A stretch of 64,000 bases of DNA from a virus (lineage: Duplodnaviria; Caudoviricetes), in the IMG/VR virus record IMGVR_UViG_3300021167_000382, positions 96,001 to 160,000 of that record; one strand, 5' to 3'. The position numbers and the translations under genes were made by a program. A model generated the notes under the pieces. The model made no database searches. It was not told the origin of the DNA and worked only from the letters and a program-made list of their open reading frames with translations. Below, piece after piece: positions 8,776-20,800 of the stretch (positions are counted from its first letter, which is position 1; every line of letters starts with the position of its first letter).

Positions 8776-11700
8776 TTTCCTTCTCCGTAATAAGCGTTCA
8801 AAGCACGTTTAGCCGCCAAATCAAGCAAGACAGTTGCCATGCCAATCAAAGTAGCCGAGTTTACTTCACGAGCTGCGAGTGAGCGATAGCTAAAGATCGC
8901 ATCCACCTCAGTCCCACCTTCAGTGAAAATCTTACCTGGGTGAACCTCAGCGATCGTGGATTTCATTTGATGTCCAAATATCACCTTATCACCGACACCT
9001 GTAGAAGCTTTGATCGTAATATAAATCTTAATCTCAGCTTGGTCCATTTCTAGCGGTGTTCCATTGACTCGATATTCGTCAGTCACCTGACCAGATAGCA
9101 CGGGTTTACCGATAGCCTTGAATCCTGCGGCAAGGTCAGCGTCACTCCTATCCGCAATCTTCTTCAATGTTGGTGACATATCCCGCTTTTCACCATGATA
9201 GTAGACTTCGATCTTTTCAATTGTACCAGAGATCCCAGCACGAGGCGCGACATTCGCCAGTCGTTTCAGTGTATTGATAGAGTCATCGCTGAAATGGCCA
9301 CTGCTAGATGTAACACCGTCTTCGATAATCATTAAGACATCACGAGGATTAACCTCACTACCGATCTTAACAACTTCTTGTAAACCTTGATCAAATCGAA
9401 CCACGTAAGATTTAACCTTAGTGACTTCTGTTTTAAATTTAGCACCTAGTTCAGGACTAATCGTACATGAGTCTTCATGGGTTGATTTGTCTTCCATGAA
9501 AGCAACAGTGGCGAAACCTGAAACTTTCATATTGACTTCAGTTGGATTCAAGAAGTCCGGTTCAAAGAACTTCTCATTGTAGGAAAGGATGTCGCCCTTC
9601 TTAAACTTCTTACCAACTTCCAGTTTAGTGATGATGTCATGCGGATAGACCGTACCTTCGGCCTTACCATACTGACGACCTAACGGAATACTGTCTTCAT
9701 GACCATCGGCATATTTAACAACCATACCTTTGTCACTGACTGAAGTAACTACGCCATCTTGTTCAGCAGCTGAACAGAATAGTTTCGTAGTGCGCTGGCC
9801 AATGACTTTCTCATAGCCAGTACGAATATAGGGTTGCTTATAAGCTTCCGCAGCGATGGTGTGACTATGCTGGGTATTTATAAACATTATTCTTTTTGCA
9901 TTGTCGTTAAACGAGCATGGTGAAACCAGTGAAGCCGTTGACATCATGCTTGTTGGGTTCAATGTTTTCTTATCCGCCATCATCCCGCGAACTGTAGCGA
10001 TATTCGGATTAGCAGAGAGATAGGCCACCGTGCCAACACCTGCGTTATCGACAGTACTTTCAGACAACACGCCAACATCCGAAACATGGAATGCTCGAGT
10101 TGGTTTTGTCATGGTATCTTTATCTCGACCACCCGCACCACCATAAGTGATGACTTCCGACTCTTTCAAATTCTGAATCGGATTGATGTCTTCCACAATT
10201 TTGATGGTGTTATCTTTGAGAATAGAATTCCAGACCTGATAAGGACTGATATCAATCTTCGACCGACCGATCAAGTTCTTATTACGGAACTGTCGGATCG
10301 CTTGCGTAAGTTCTTTGTAGACCGCACCCGAGAAACGCTCATACCCACGATCGCGCATCACTGTTCGATCTTGGGAGACCGGGTGATGGTAGGTTAACAA
10401 TAGTTCAGTGGCTCGATAGAGTAAACCCTTGAAGGTCGTGGGTTCATTCATCGAGAGAAGAATCTCTTCAGTGATATGATCGACGAATGCATTCTCCATC
10501 ATGTCCAGTTCTCGAACATATAGAGCACCAAGTCCTTTGGTCATCAGTAGATTCAAATAGACGTCTTTATGTTCGAACATCTCGCTGTCATAGAGTTTGG
10601 TAACCTTTTCAAAGTCACCAAAACCTGCCATGATCAAGGATTCAAATCGACGGTTACTCTTAAAGATATAGGTTCTATCCTTAAAGACAATCGGGAATTC
10701 ACCTGGCGCAAGCATCTTATTCTTCCGAGGTTCGACGATACGGTATTCTGCACCCAATGCCGCCAGAAGTGTCTTGAAGCCGACATAGTAACCAAGAACC
10801 ACACCAACAGGCACATACTTGGAGAAAACACGAACCTCACTGAAGTCTACTGGAGAAGAACTACGATCCAATTGCAGGAAGGTAAAGACATCGCCTAGTA
10901 GGTGTTCTTTATCACCATCAATTTCTAGGAAGTGATTCGTTGCATCGATAATGATCGGTTTTCGATTAGCGCTGATACCGCAGAAAATACGGCTGTTCTT
11001 TTCAAGGATTGGTAGTTGCGCGGGGTCAATCTTTGTCTTACGAAGACGATGATCGAAGAATACATGATGCTTCCCAACTGCAAAGCTTTCGAACTCAGCA
11101 GAGAGTGCATTATAAATGAAAGGTGCCTTGAACTCATTGTCAAAGACATTACCAAGTGAAATCTCAGTAATGTAACTACCATCAGTGACTACTGCCTGGT
11201 TGATCTGCTTAATGATCCAGGCGGTGGAATTATTGACTACCTTCGGACTAATCTGAACAAAGGTCTTTCCGTAGTATGATGAGAGGGAAACGATACTCGG
11301 TGCAATCTTTCGAATCGGATTATCAACCCGTTGTTTACGGGCTAAGTACTTATTACCAGCGACCATAAACGTACCGTCTTCTTCAATCACAGGTAATGAG
11401 AAACTGATCGTCGAAGGTTGACCGTCAACCGGTTTCACTTCAAGTCGATGATGTTCATAGGTTCCAAGAATAGTGTTAGTTTGGTGAACCTCATGGTTCT
11501 TCACGATGACGCCAGCCGACTGAAGCCGATTCACTGCGTTCATCACGTCTTTTTTATAGACGTTTCGAAGATACTTTCGATTGAAAGCGTTCATCGATGC
11601 AGCAGCCATAGTTTTATCAGGGACAGCGTCATTAATAACCATCTGACTATCTTCAGCAGTTAGAAGGAGGTCTTCTGGTTTAATCAGTGAAGCATCACGA

Positions 11701-13130
11701 CGCGTTTGCCCTGAACCATAGGGGTCATCACTAAGTTCGAACTGTTTCGCTGCTTCTGACATACGACGATATTCAGCCGCAGTGATCAGACTAGATTCAG
11801 CGTCATCTACTAACCGCTTTTGAAGGACGGATGATGGTGTACTCGTTGCAAAGATTCGAGCTTTCGCATCTTCTTGCGTGATAGTAGGTTCAGGAATGAC
11901 CTGGTTCGCTACGGTTGGATTAACATCTTCCGAAATCTTCCGATCCAACACTGTACCCGGCGCGATCCCTTTATTTTTCATCTGGATCAAGCTAATCTTA
12001 TCCAGCGCAAGTAGATCTTCTTCGATAGACCCCATGAGTTCTTCAGTGATATCACCACTACGACCCATGGTTTCGACATTAACTTTCTTCTCTTGATTGC
12101 TCTTAACTACAGAACTAGAAACCGTATCCGAAGAATCAATAGGGATTCCGACAATACCTTCTGCTTCAGATTCACTGGTTGCTGAAGCTGTCTCAGTATT
12201 AGCAGCCGAAGTAGCTACTGATACCGCTTCTTCTGTTTCAGCAACTGCCGTATCCATCACACCGTTCAGTGTAATGCAGAGCATCAAGAACAACTTCTGA
12301 ACACTCGTTTCAGCGAATTGCGTTACGCTGCTGAATTCTGTCTTATTTGGCTGGCCTTTAATCCAGCTGTTCAAATACCCAAGATTCACCAGACATTGAC
12401 GACCAGTAGTACCTTCAAAAATGAAGTTGATCTTGTCATAGTTCTTTAGGTTAACTTTATTCAACAAGCTCAAGGAGCGATTAGTGACACTCAACCACCG
12501 CCAGAGATCAAGCATGGTGAAACCTTCGATATCGGGAACACCGAAGATATTCATCTGTGCTAATGTGAAATCTTTATTCACAAAGCGATCGAGAATCGTG
12601 CGACCCTGTAGTACTTTAGGGATCTTCAGAATGATAAACTGCTGTCGTCCAGTGACTGTGGCAAGTCGATCCATATTTTCATAGATCGTTTCCATGCGGT
12701 TATGCCAGGCGTAGTACTTAGCAGCAGGAACAGGCTGGTAGCGGTATGCCTTATCCAAATAACCATAATTGACTACTGCTAATTGATCAGGCGGCATGCG
12801 AACAATGGTTAGGTCATCTTCAAGTTGCCACTTTTGAAGATGTTCTCGTTTCCAAGGTTGAACTGCCATTGGAAAGTTAAAAGTCCAAGGCCGAACTGGA
12901 CCTTGAGGATTTTCCAGTTGGTAAACGCATTCAGCGATAATCTTCCGATTCTGACCACTGTAGTAAGGCTTAGTGGTATCGATATCCGGACTGCCGTCAC
13001 CGTCATCGTAAACGTGGAAGATAGTTTCACGTGGAAATGCCGTTAGTGTGAATTCAGGTTTTTCCGTGAGCGCACTTGGAAATCGTGCCCCTTTCTCACG
13101 GTAGAATTGACGAAAAAGAATGTTGGACAT
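8772..13130 (-). CDS. rpoB: Virion RNA polymerase beta subunit, N-terminal/major part (phiKZ gp178-like)
   Basis: 1452 aa; beta motifs TYGGAGGR, RAFHVSDVG, NDNAKRIMF..QHSH, HEDSCTIS, GVGDK. Confidence 0.93.
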   Translation of the reverse strand: MSNILFRQFYREKGARFPSALTEKPEFTLTAFPRETIFHVYDDGDGSPDIDTTKPYYSGQNRKIIAECVYQLENPQGPVRPWTFNFPMAVQPWKREHLQKWQLEDDLTIVRMPPDQLAVVNYGYLDKAYRYQPVPAAKYYAWHNRMETIYENMDRLATVTGRQQFIILKIPKVLQGRTILDRFVNKDFTLAQMNIFGVPDIEGFTMLDLWRWLSVTNRSLSLLNKVNLKNYDKINFIFEGTTGRQCLVNLGYLNSWIKGQPNKTEFSSVTQFAETSVQKLFLMLCITLNGVMDTAVAETEEAVSVATSAANTETASATSESEAEGIVGIPIDSSDTVSSSVVKSNQEKKVNVETMGRSGDITEELMGSIEEDLLALDKISLIQMKNKGIAPGTVLDRKISEDVNPTVANQVIPEPTITQEDAKARIFATSTPSSVLQKRLVDDAESSLITAAEYRRMSEAAKQFELSDDPYGSGQTRRDASLIKPEDLLLTAEDSQMVINDAVPDKTMAAASMNAFNRKYLRNVYKKDVMNAVNRLQSAGVIVKNHEVHQTNTILGTYEHHRLEVKPVDGQPSTISFSLPVIEEDGTFMVAGNKYLARKQRVDNPIRKIAPSIVSLSSYYGKTFVQISPKVVNNSTAWIIKQINQAVVTDGSYITEISLGNVFDNEFKAPFIYNALSAEFESFAVGKHHVFFDHRLRKTKIDPAQLPILEKNSRIFCGISANRKPIIIDATNHFLEIDGDKEHLLGDVFTFLQLDRSSSPVDFSEVRVFSKYVPVGVVLGYYVGFKTLLAALGAEYRIVEPRKNKMLAPGEFPIVFKDRTYIFKSNRRFESLIMAGFGDFEKVTKLYDSEMFEHKDVYLNLLMTKGLGALYVRELDMMENAFVDHITEEILLSMNEPTTFKGLLYRATELLLTYHHPVSQDRTVMRDRGYERFSGAVYKELTQAIRQFRNKNLIGRSKIDISPYQVWNSILKDNTIKIVEDINPIQNLKESEVITYGGAGGRDKDTMTKPTRAFHVSDVGVLSESTVDNAGVGTVAYLSANPNIATVRGMMADKKTLNPTSMMSTASLVSPCSFNDNAKRIMFINTQHSHTIAAEAYKQPYIRTGYEKVIGQRTTKLFCSAAEQDGVVTSVSDKGMVVKYADGHEDSIPLGRQYGKAEGTVYPHDIITKLEVGKKFKKGDILSYNEKFFEPDFLNPTEVNMKVSGFATVAFMEDKSTHEDSCTISPELGAKFKTEVTKVKSYVVRFDQGLQEVVKIGSEVNPRDVLMIIEDGVTSSSGHFSDDSINTLKRLANVAPRAGISGTIEKIEVYYHGEKRDMSPTLKKIADRSDADLAAGFKAIGKPVLSGQVTDEYRVNGTPLEMDQAEIKIYITIKASTGVGDKVIFGHQMKSTIAEVHPGKIFTEGGTEVDAIFSYRSLAAREVNSATLIGMATVLLDLAAKRALNAYYGEGK

Positions 13131-13141
13131 CAGACAACCTT

Positions 13142-14746
13142 TCAGGAGGAAAGTTCTTTAAAAACAGAGGTCGATACGTCGTTGTCTGCAGAGAAGTTCA
13201 TGGTTCCGTTAATACCGACGTAGTATTTAGCGGACTTCATTAGAGCAGAGATCTCTTCAGTTGCATCTGCTGTCATGAGTACTTCGTAGTTCATCGTATC
13301 CCCATCATGGTCAGCCTGGAAGCGAGTCAGTGTCTGAATAGGCGGTGACATGGAGTTGAAGAATGCTGTTCCAGGAATTGGGAACTCATTGAACTTAACA
13401 CCGGTAGGTTGCCATAGATCATTCAACTCATTCAACGATTCAGACTTCATCGTGGTACGGAGATAGATCGTGCATGGTAGAATGCTACCGTAGTTGATCA
13501 CAGGGTACCGTGTAATGAAACAGTAGCGCTTCTTTGAATCTTTCAGTGCCGCCATATAGAACAGCTCGGCATATGTGATCGGCTTGACAAACTTCCGATC
13601 ATAGCCTTCCGGCAGTTCATCAATATCCTGGAAGAACTTGAATGAAGCCCCGTCCCGATAAAGCAGGCCAAAGTAGTAACCATCTAAGATAATTTCTTCA
13701 GAGCGGAAGGATTCCGTTTCAAACTGATTCAGAATGGATTCAATCCCTTCCTTAGTCACCCAGTCATCGTAGTAGACGGGATCAATCTGAACCATCTCAG
13801 ATTTCAAGGTCTTCCTATTGACCAATCGAGCTGGTGCATTCGGTCCAGTAAAAACCTTTTCAGAGAAATCTCGAAGAAGTTTAATGAAGAGCGGTGTGAC
13901 TGAGCGAACATGTTGGTAAAGCCCGACCATGACATCCGTCGGACCAACAGTCAGTTCGTCAAAGAGTTTCTTGGAGTTGGTGATGCTGGACGTGATCACA
14001 TTCCGACTGGAGCTAAATACATTACGCGCTGTCCAGTTACCCTGGATTAACTTCGAATCCCCTTCCAGCAGGTTCACGATATACTGATACAGCGACAACA
14101 CGACCTGCTGCAGTCTGAAACGCGTACCGTCCAGATGTGTCTTATCAGCCGCCTTGGCTGAGTTAATGGCGATATTGCCGATCGACAATGCTTGACGATA
14201 AATCGTGTTGATCTCGTCTTCTTCACGCATCCCATTCGGCTTCACGGTAAAATCACGTAAACCCGCAGGCATCACAATGAGATATCGAAGGAATGGATTC
14301 TTCCGGTATTTGTTAAGGAATCGAATTGCAAAGCTTCGAGACGTACTATCGCGTTCCTCAGGCTTCAACTCTTGGAAATGTTCCATGAAGAAGCTGTATC
14401 CTGTTCGACCATCAACTGCATTGCTTTCATCAAAGTCTTTGGTTTGCTTGTTGAACACAGCATAAGACGTACCTGCCATGATCTTTCCGTAGAGTTCACG
14501 GACATCGCATAGCTTTTTATAGATCAACGGATGAAGGATCTCGACGCCGAGATCGATATATGCGTACAGTCGATTACGTCGCTCATCACCGACTTTTCCA
14601 AACGCTTCGATGCTGAATAAACCTTGTGGATGGAACTGCTGGCTACTGGGCTCAAAGATATCCAGCACTTTGATTTGATGCAGTCCTTTCAAGCTGCCAG
14701 CCGACTCTGCATTTAGAATCAAAGGCGCTATATTGAAAGGAAGCAT
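13142..14746 (-). CDS. rpoC: Virion RNA polymerase beta-prime catalytic subunit (phiKZ gp180-like)
   Basis: GLFSIEAFG, MPAGLRD, ITRYPV and catalytic ADHDGD; likely start MLPFNI at 14746 (frame open to 14785). Confidence 0.93.
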   Translation of the reverse strand: MLPFNIAPLILNAESAGSLKGLHQIKVLDIFEPSSQQFHPQGLFSIEAFGKVGDERRNRLYAYIDLGVEILHPLIYKKLCDVRELYGKIMAGTSYAVFNKQTKDFDESNAVDGRTGYSFFMEHFQELKPEERDSTSRSFAIRFLNKYRKNPFLRYLIVMPAGLRDFTVKPNGMREEDEINTIYRQALSIGNIAINSAKAADKTHLDGTRFRLQQVVLSLYQYIVNLLEGDSKLIQGNWTARNVFSSSRNVITSSITNSKKLFDELTVGPTDVMVGLYQHVRSVTPLFIKLLRDFSEKVFTGPNAPARLVNRKTLKSEMVQIDPVYYDDWVTKEGIESILNQFETESFRSEEIILDGYYFGLLYRDGASFKFFQDIDELPEGYDRKFVKPITYAELFYMAALKDSKKRYCFITRYPVINYGSILPCTIYLRTTMKSESLNELNDLWQPTGVKFNEFPIPGTAFFNSMSPPIQTLTRFQADHDGDTMNYEVLMTADATEEISALMKSAKYYVGINGTMNFSADNDVSTSVFKELSS

Positions 14747-14837
14747 GGAGATAAGGTTAGACAAAATCAGCTCCTTTATGAACAAATAAGAAAATCTTAA
14801 GAAATCCTTTGATTAGGCATATCTCGATAAGGAGAAA

Positions 14838-17800
14838 TTGATGGCCAAGAAAGATCTCAGTACGACAGAATGGCGACCGGACGACGATCTTGATTTTAAC
14901 TTCGGTGATGAAATTGGAACAGGGATGTCCCAGGAATCGAAGAAAGATCGATCTGCAGTTACCTCTGTGGTACACGGGCTCGGAGAAGGACTGAAGTCCA
15001 AAGCCGTTGACCCTTCTCTTTATAAACGAATTCTAAGAAACACACTCCCTCGTCACTACGGTGAAATCGCCGATGCTGCTGGCGATGTCACAGGGGGTCT
15101 GTATGAACTATACGATCAGACTCAGAAGGAAGTAAAACCTCGACTGAACCGATTGACGAAGTCCCTAGATAAGTTTATTCCTGAGGAATCAAAAACCCTC
15201 AAGAAGATCATGGGGAAGATCGTTGATTTGACTGGCGGTCATGGTTCTGAGATAAGTTCTCCAGATACTTCTGCTCAAGAAGATCAGAGTGTTAACATGA
15301 TGCTGGGTGAGATTTTCAAAGCTCAGCATTCCGCAAGTAAGATTGGTGAAACTCGCGCAATCATGCGCGATGCCATTGATTCGAAGCGGTACAAGGGGAA
15401 TATGGATATCTCACTGCGTATGCAGCGTGATATTTCAGTACTTCAGCAGTACACCACGAATGTAACTCAGGCTTTTCAGAAGAAGTCTTTGGAACTCCAA
15501 CTCCGGACTTATCTTGGTCAGCGTGCTTACTATACTAAGTCTCTGGAATACATGGAGATTTTCCGTAAGCAGAATGAAGCCATCGTTAAGAACAGCTCAC
15601 TTCCTGACGCGGTGAAGATCACTGAAGCCGAGCGTCTTAAGACGATCGGTAAAGAGAAGTTAATGGGTAGTCTTTACGGTGACGGTTCGGTCTGGAAGAA
15701 AGGACTGACGCGTCTCAAGAAGTCTGCGGGTGACTATGTCCAAGGCATAGGCATGCGGATGGATATGGCTGAAATGGGCATTGACATGGCCCACATGGGC
15801 ATGGAGCAGATGAAGGAAATGAACGCGATGCTCGCGGACATGGGTCTTCCTCCAATGACTAAAGCTCAGATGGCAGGTGCTGCGGCGGCAGGATGGGTGG
15901 TTGATGAAGCGGCCGACTGGGCATCCCCTAAGCTAAAAGCAGCAATTGAAAAACACCCGGAGATCAGTGAGAAACTCGCTCGATACGCACGCTTCGCATT
16001 GAACCCTGGAAGCAAGATCAAGAAGCTTCGTAACAGCGATGAGTGGAAAGCTAAGGCTGAGTCACATGACCTCGAAGGAAAGATGTATAAGTTCTTTGAT
16101 TTCATCCTGGAACACTTTGAGGATAGAGCCGAGGGATCGAGCTATGTCACTGGCAATACGAATGACGAACTTGCTGAAGGTAAAGGTTTCGATAAGCGCG
16201 CGTATGCGTCACTGACAACCGTTATTCCAGGTTATCTGTCGATGATCCATCGTGAGATGTCGTCACTACGGTCAGGAACTGATCAGCCTTATCTCAGATA
16301 CGACCATCAATCTGGTCGATTCAGAACTGATAAAGCATTACAGATTCAGTCGGTGAATAAACTGAAGGACGTTGCTCGTTCCTCAGGCTATGCAGGCCAT
16401 GTTAATATGGCTAGCGAAACATTGACGAAGGATCGAGACGCAAGCGCTACTGAGAAAAACACACTGAATACCTTCCTGTCGAAATTGAGTCGAGTTAGTA
16501 ATCTCGACTATTCACTTGAGGATATTCGAAAAACTGACCTTTATCAAAACCTATCTTCTTCTGACCAGGATACAGTTGATCGTTTCTTCGGTTTTATGGA
16601 AGAAGCGCCTGATAAAGAAGTTCGCAAGGCGGACTTCACCAAGTCTATGATGGATATTCGGAAATCTACACCCGACTATCAACGCGCCATCGCTGACATC
16701 GTTCGCTCTGGACACGGTGACCTCTTGATGAAAGAAGGTATTCTAAAACGTTCGGATGATGGATTCACTGCTGATCCGGACGACCTTCATCGTTTCACTG
16801 AAGAACACGCGAGAACCGTGGGTTCTGATATGAACATTAAAGAAGGTATCAAAGCTACTACACCTGCCGGCCTTCTGAAGTCTCTTGGTAAACATGCCTA
16901 TGAAGGCATGCAGAAAACCAAGCTCTATAACTGGATGTATAAGAAAGGCGCTGGTGATCGTAAGCCACATTCAGGTCCGATGGCTCAAGATGTCCAGAAG
17001 AATCTTGGAGAAGAAGCTGCACCTGGTGGTAAGGAGATTGATCTCCAAACTATGAATGGGACATTCTTTGCTTCTATCCAGTATCTAGGAGGTCGTATCG
17101 AAAACCTCTTTAAAGGAAAGAAGAGCGAGGTAGGTGACGAAACCTCAGACAGCACTTTAAAGAACATCGATCTTAATGTAGCACGGATTGCTGCAATGAC
17201 TGCTGCCTCCAGTGGCGGTATGGGCGGCGGTACAGGTTACCGAGAAGGTTTCAGTCTCGACTACTTTCTAGATAAAGGAATTGCTGGCGCTAAGTCCATG
17301 GGTTCCTCCGTTAAAGAAGGTGCGACGATCGCATCTAATAAAATCGCTGAACTTTGGAGCGATAATAAAGACAAATTGAAAGAGAAAGCTATTTGGCTTT
17401 TTAACAAAGGCAGCGATCTCGCTGGAACCATCTTTGATGCTGGTAGTAACTTCATGAAGAACACCGTTCCTGACTGGATGAATAGAGCTAAAGATTTTGG
17501 AAACAAGGTACTGAGTACTATTGGTGAGCAGTTCATGGTTTTCCAAGATCTCTATCTTCCTGATGGTGCTGAACCTGTCATTCGTGCTGCTAAATTGAAA
17601 GCAGGTGAGTACTATGACCAAGCGACCGGTAAAGTACTGACTACGATGGATGAGGTCTTAAAAGTCAAAGGTGACATTGTTGATAAAGCAGGGAATGTTA
17701 TTCTCTCTGCACAAGAACGCTCACGTGGTCTGGTAGACAAGTATGGTGAGAAGGTGCGCACTGTTGCCGGAACAGCTGCAGCATTTGTCATCAGCGGCGT

Positions 17801-20800
17801 TAAAAAGATCGGCGGTAGTTTAATGAAAGCTGGCGGTCAACTAACTGAGATGGTTGCCGGTGGATTTAGTAAGGTTAAGGAATGGTGGGACAACTCACCT
17901 GAATTCAAGTTCCCTGACCTTGGTGCTGCTTTTATCGGTAAGAAGCATCTTGCCGAATTGATCAATATTCGTGACATCCTTCTTGGTGATGTCAAGAATG
18001 TTCGTAAACGGATTAAGAAGTCTTCTATCGGTAAAGGTGGTGGTGGGTCTGCCACTGATGGAAATGATACAGGCATTGGTGGCGTAGGCGGCGCATTTAG
18101 CTCTTTGAAAGAGAAAGCGGCTGACATTCAAGCACGCTACGCTAAACCAGGTTCTCCGTTGGCTAATCTTCTAGATAGAGCCAAAGGTTACGGTGGTAAG
18201 GCTGCCGCAATGGCGACCGTCGCAACGCGTGGTGCAGACTTCACCGGTCCAATGACCCGTGACGAGATGGAAGCTGCCGCTATGCTAGAGGCTAAGAAAG
18301 CTCAGGTCGGTGGACGGTTTGCTAACATAAAGGACTATGCTCAGAAACTTCTGGGTAGAAAGGGACCTGATGAAAGTTTCGTTGGTCCGATGCAGCAAAG
18401 TAAATGGGGTCGACTGAAAGGTAAAGCTTTAGGTGGCTTATCTGCAGGGAAATCTCGACTAGGTGGATTGATGACAATGGCCTCCGGACTTCTTTCCGGC
18501 GACCAGAACAATCCTTCTCCAGGCGCACTCACGGATGGGTCAGATGGTCAAACCGATCAGCAAAAAGAGGCGGCTGCGCATGATGCATCTGCACCAGCAG
18601 TCGTTCGTCGTAAACGGGGTACTGTGGCACAGAAGGATCGTGCCAAGGGGGATGACGATGGCGACGGTGTTAAGGACAGCAGCGTTGAAGCTCAGCGAAA
18701 TAAGGTTGAGGCTCTCCGTGCTGAACGAGATAAGAAGACCTTAGCTGCGGACACCAGTTCAAAGTATAAGACTTCTGAAAACGTACTTGATACGATCGCA
18801 AAGAAAGCCTCGGATCTCATTGGAACATTGTCATCTGGTCTAGGCTCTGTCTTCAGTTTAGCCGGTATGCTTTTCTCTGGTGGAAAAGGTCTTGTAAAAG
18901 GCATCACAGGTGCATTTGGTGCTCTAGGTAAAGGCGCTGCTGCGTTAGGTAGCGCTACTGGTGGCCCTGGCGCAGGATTTGCCAAAGTTGCACGTGGTGC
19001 ATGGCTTGGTCTTCGTGCATATGGTACAGCGGCTGCATTGTCAACGACAGCGGCTGGTGCGGGTATTGCAGGTTTTGCGGGCTTAGCAGTCTCAGCTGCT
19101 AGCGCAGTTGCTGGAACAGTGCTTTCTGCAATAACAGCGCCTATTATAGGTATTCCGTTACTAGTCGCAGCTTCGGCCTATGGGCTTTATAAACTTTATA
19201 AATACGCCAACCGTGATAATGCCTCTGAGATGGAACGTCTCCGTCTTCGCCAGTACGGTTTTGGTTACAATTCTGCAGTCGATCGATACAACCACCATGT
19301 TTACTTACTGGAAGAGTATCTTCAGGATAACAGAATCTCGTATGATTCAAACGGCTATCCGTCAATTCTGAATAAGAAAGTCAATATCAAAGAACTATTG
19401 TCAATCTTTGAAATCGATGAAAAAGATTCCGAAGGTGCGGATCGATTTAATGCTTGGTTTAGGAATCGTTTCAAACCTGTATTCTTCGCACATCTAGCAG
19501 CACTGATGAAGGTGAATAAGAAGAAAACACTGCAACAAGTTAATGACTTGTCTCCTGAACAAAAGCTTACCTATCTTGAACAGTCTAAACTCAAGAACGG
19601 GCCTTATGACTACGACACATCGCCACTAGGTGAGAAACTCGCTATGGATGTCAATAGCGATGAAGTCATGACGAGCTACGATAACTTGATTCTGAAGGTC
19701 ACTGCAGAAATCAGGAAGACTGCTAAGAAACATGCAGGTATCAGTAAACCTGTTGAAGAAGTCGATACGAAGTTACCTAATAAAACAGGTAACGATGGAC
19801 AAAAGGTTGCAGGACTGAAAGCTGGTCAAGAGAACGCTAAAGCAAACCAAAATATCGTTGGTGAAGATGCCTTAGGTGAGGGAGATGGCGCTGCGCCAAA
19901 ACCCGATGCTTCTTCAAAACAAGGTAGCGGTGCACCGGGTAGTATTAACATGGCCGGTGGTCCACTGCTAAGTGGTGAGAACGGTATGCAGTTTGTTAAC
20001 CTGAAGTCAGGTAGCCGACTGGATGGACTCTCACCCGCTATGTTACGTCAATTCCTTGCCATGGCTGAGGAATATGGAAAACTTACAGGTAAAGCGATCC
20101 CTGTTGAATCAGGGTTCCGTAGTTTCGAACAGCAGAAAGCACTCTGGCAGCGCGATCCGAGTAAGGCTGCTCGACCGGGACGCTCTCTCCATGAATACGG
20201 TCTTGCGCTCGACATCAGTTCTAAGGTTGCTAATGAACTCGATCAACTAGGCCTGATGAAGAAATATGGATTCACTCGCCCTGTAGGCGGTGAGCCATGG
20301 CACGTTGAGCCGGCAGGTATTCAGAAATCAATCGACCTCGCTAAGAATAATGCTGCAGAGCGGGAGCGGATGATTGAAGTTTCTACTGGACGTGGCGGTG
20401 GCGGGTTCGGAGCATTGAACGGTTCTCCGACGGGTAAGCGAAACCATGAGCTTGCTATGCGACTTCTAGATGTTCCATCTAAACTGGTCGATAACAAATC
20501 TGAAGAGTCCAAGGATGTTGCTAAATCCTTCACGGACAAACAAATTGCTAAAGAAGAAAGTAAACCTACAACAGTTTCTCCTTCTAGCATTAAAAATGCT
20601 TCGAATGATACCTCTTATTCGAAGACAGCTTCTCTTCCCACGACGAAGATGGCGGATTACAATTCACAACTGAATCAGTCGACTGTTGCACCGGATGCTG
20701 AGTCAGGTAAGGTTGAAGGTGGGTCAGATTCTCCCGGTAGTTCGTCTGGTATTAGTCAGATCATCGAAGATGCCGCTCGTAAGACCGGTATGGACCCTGG

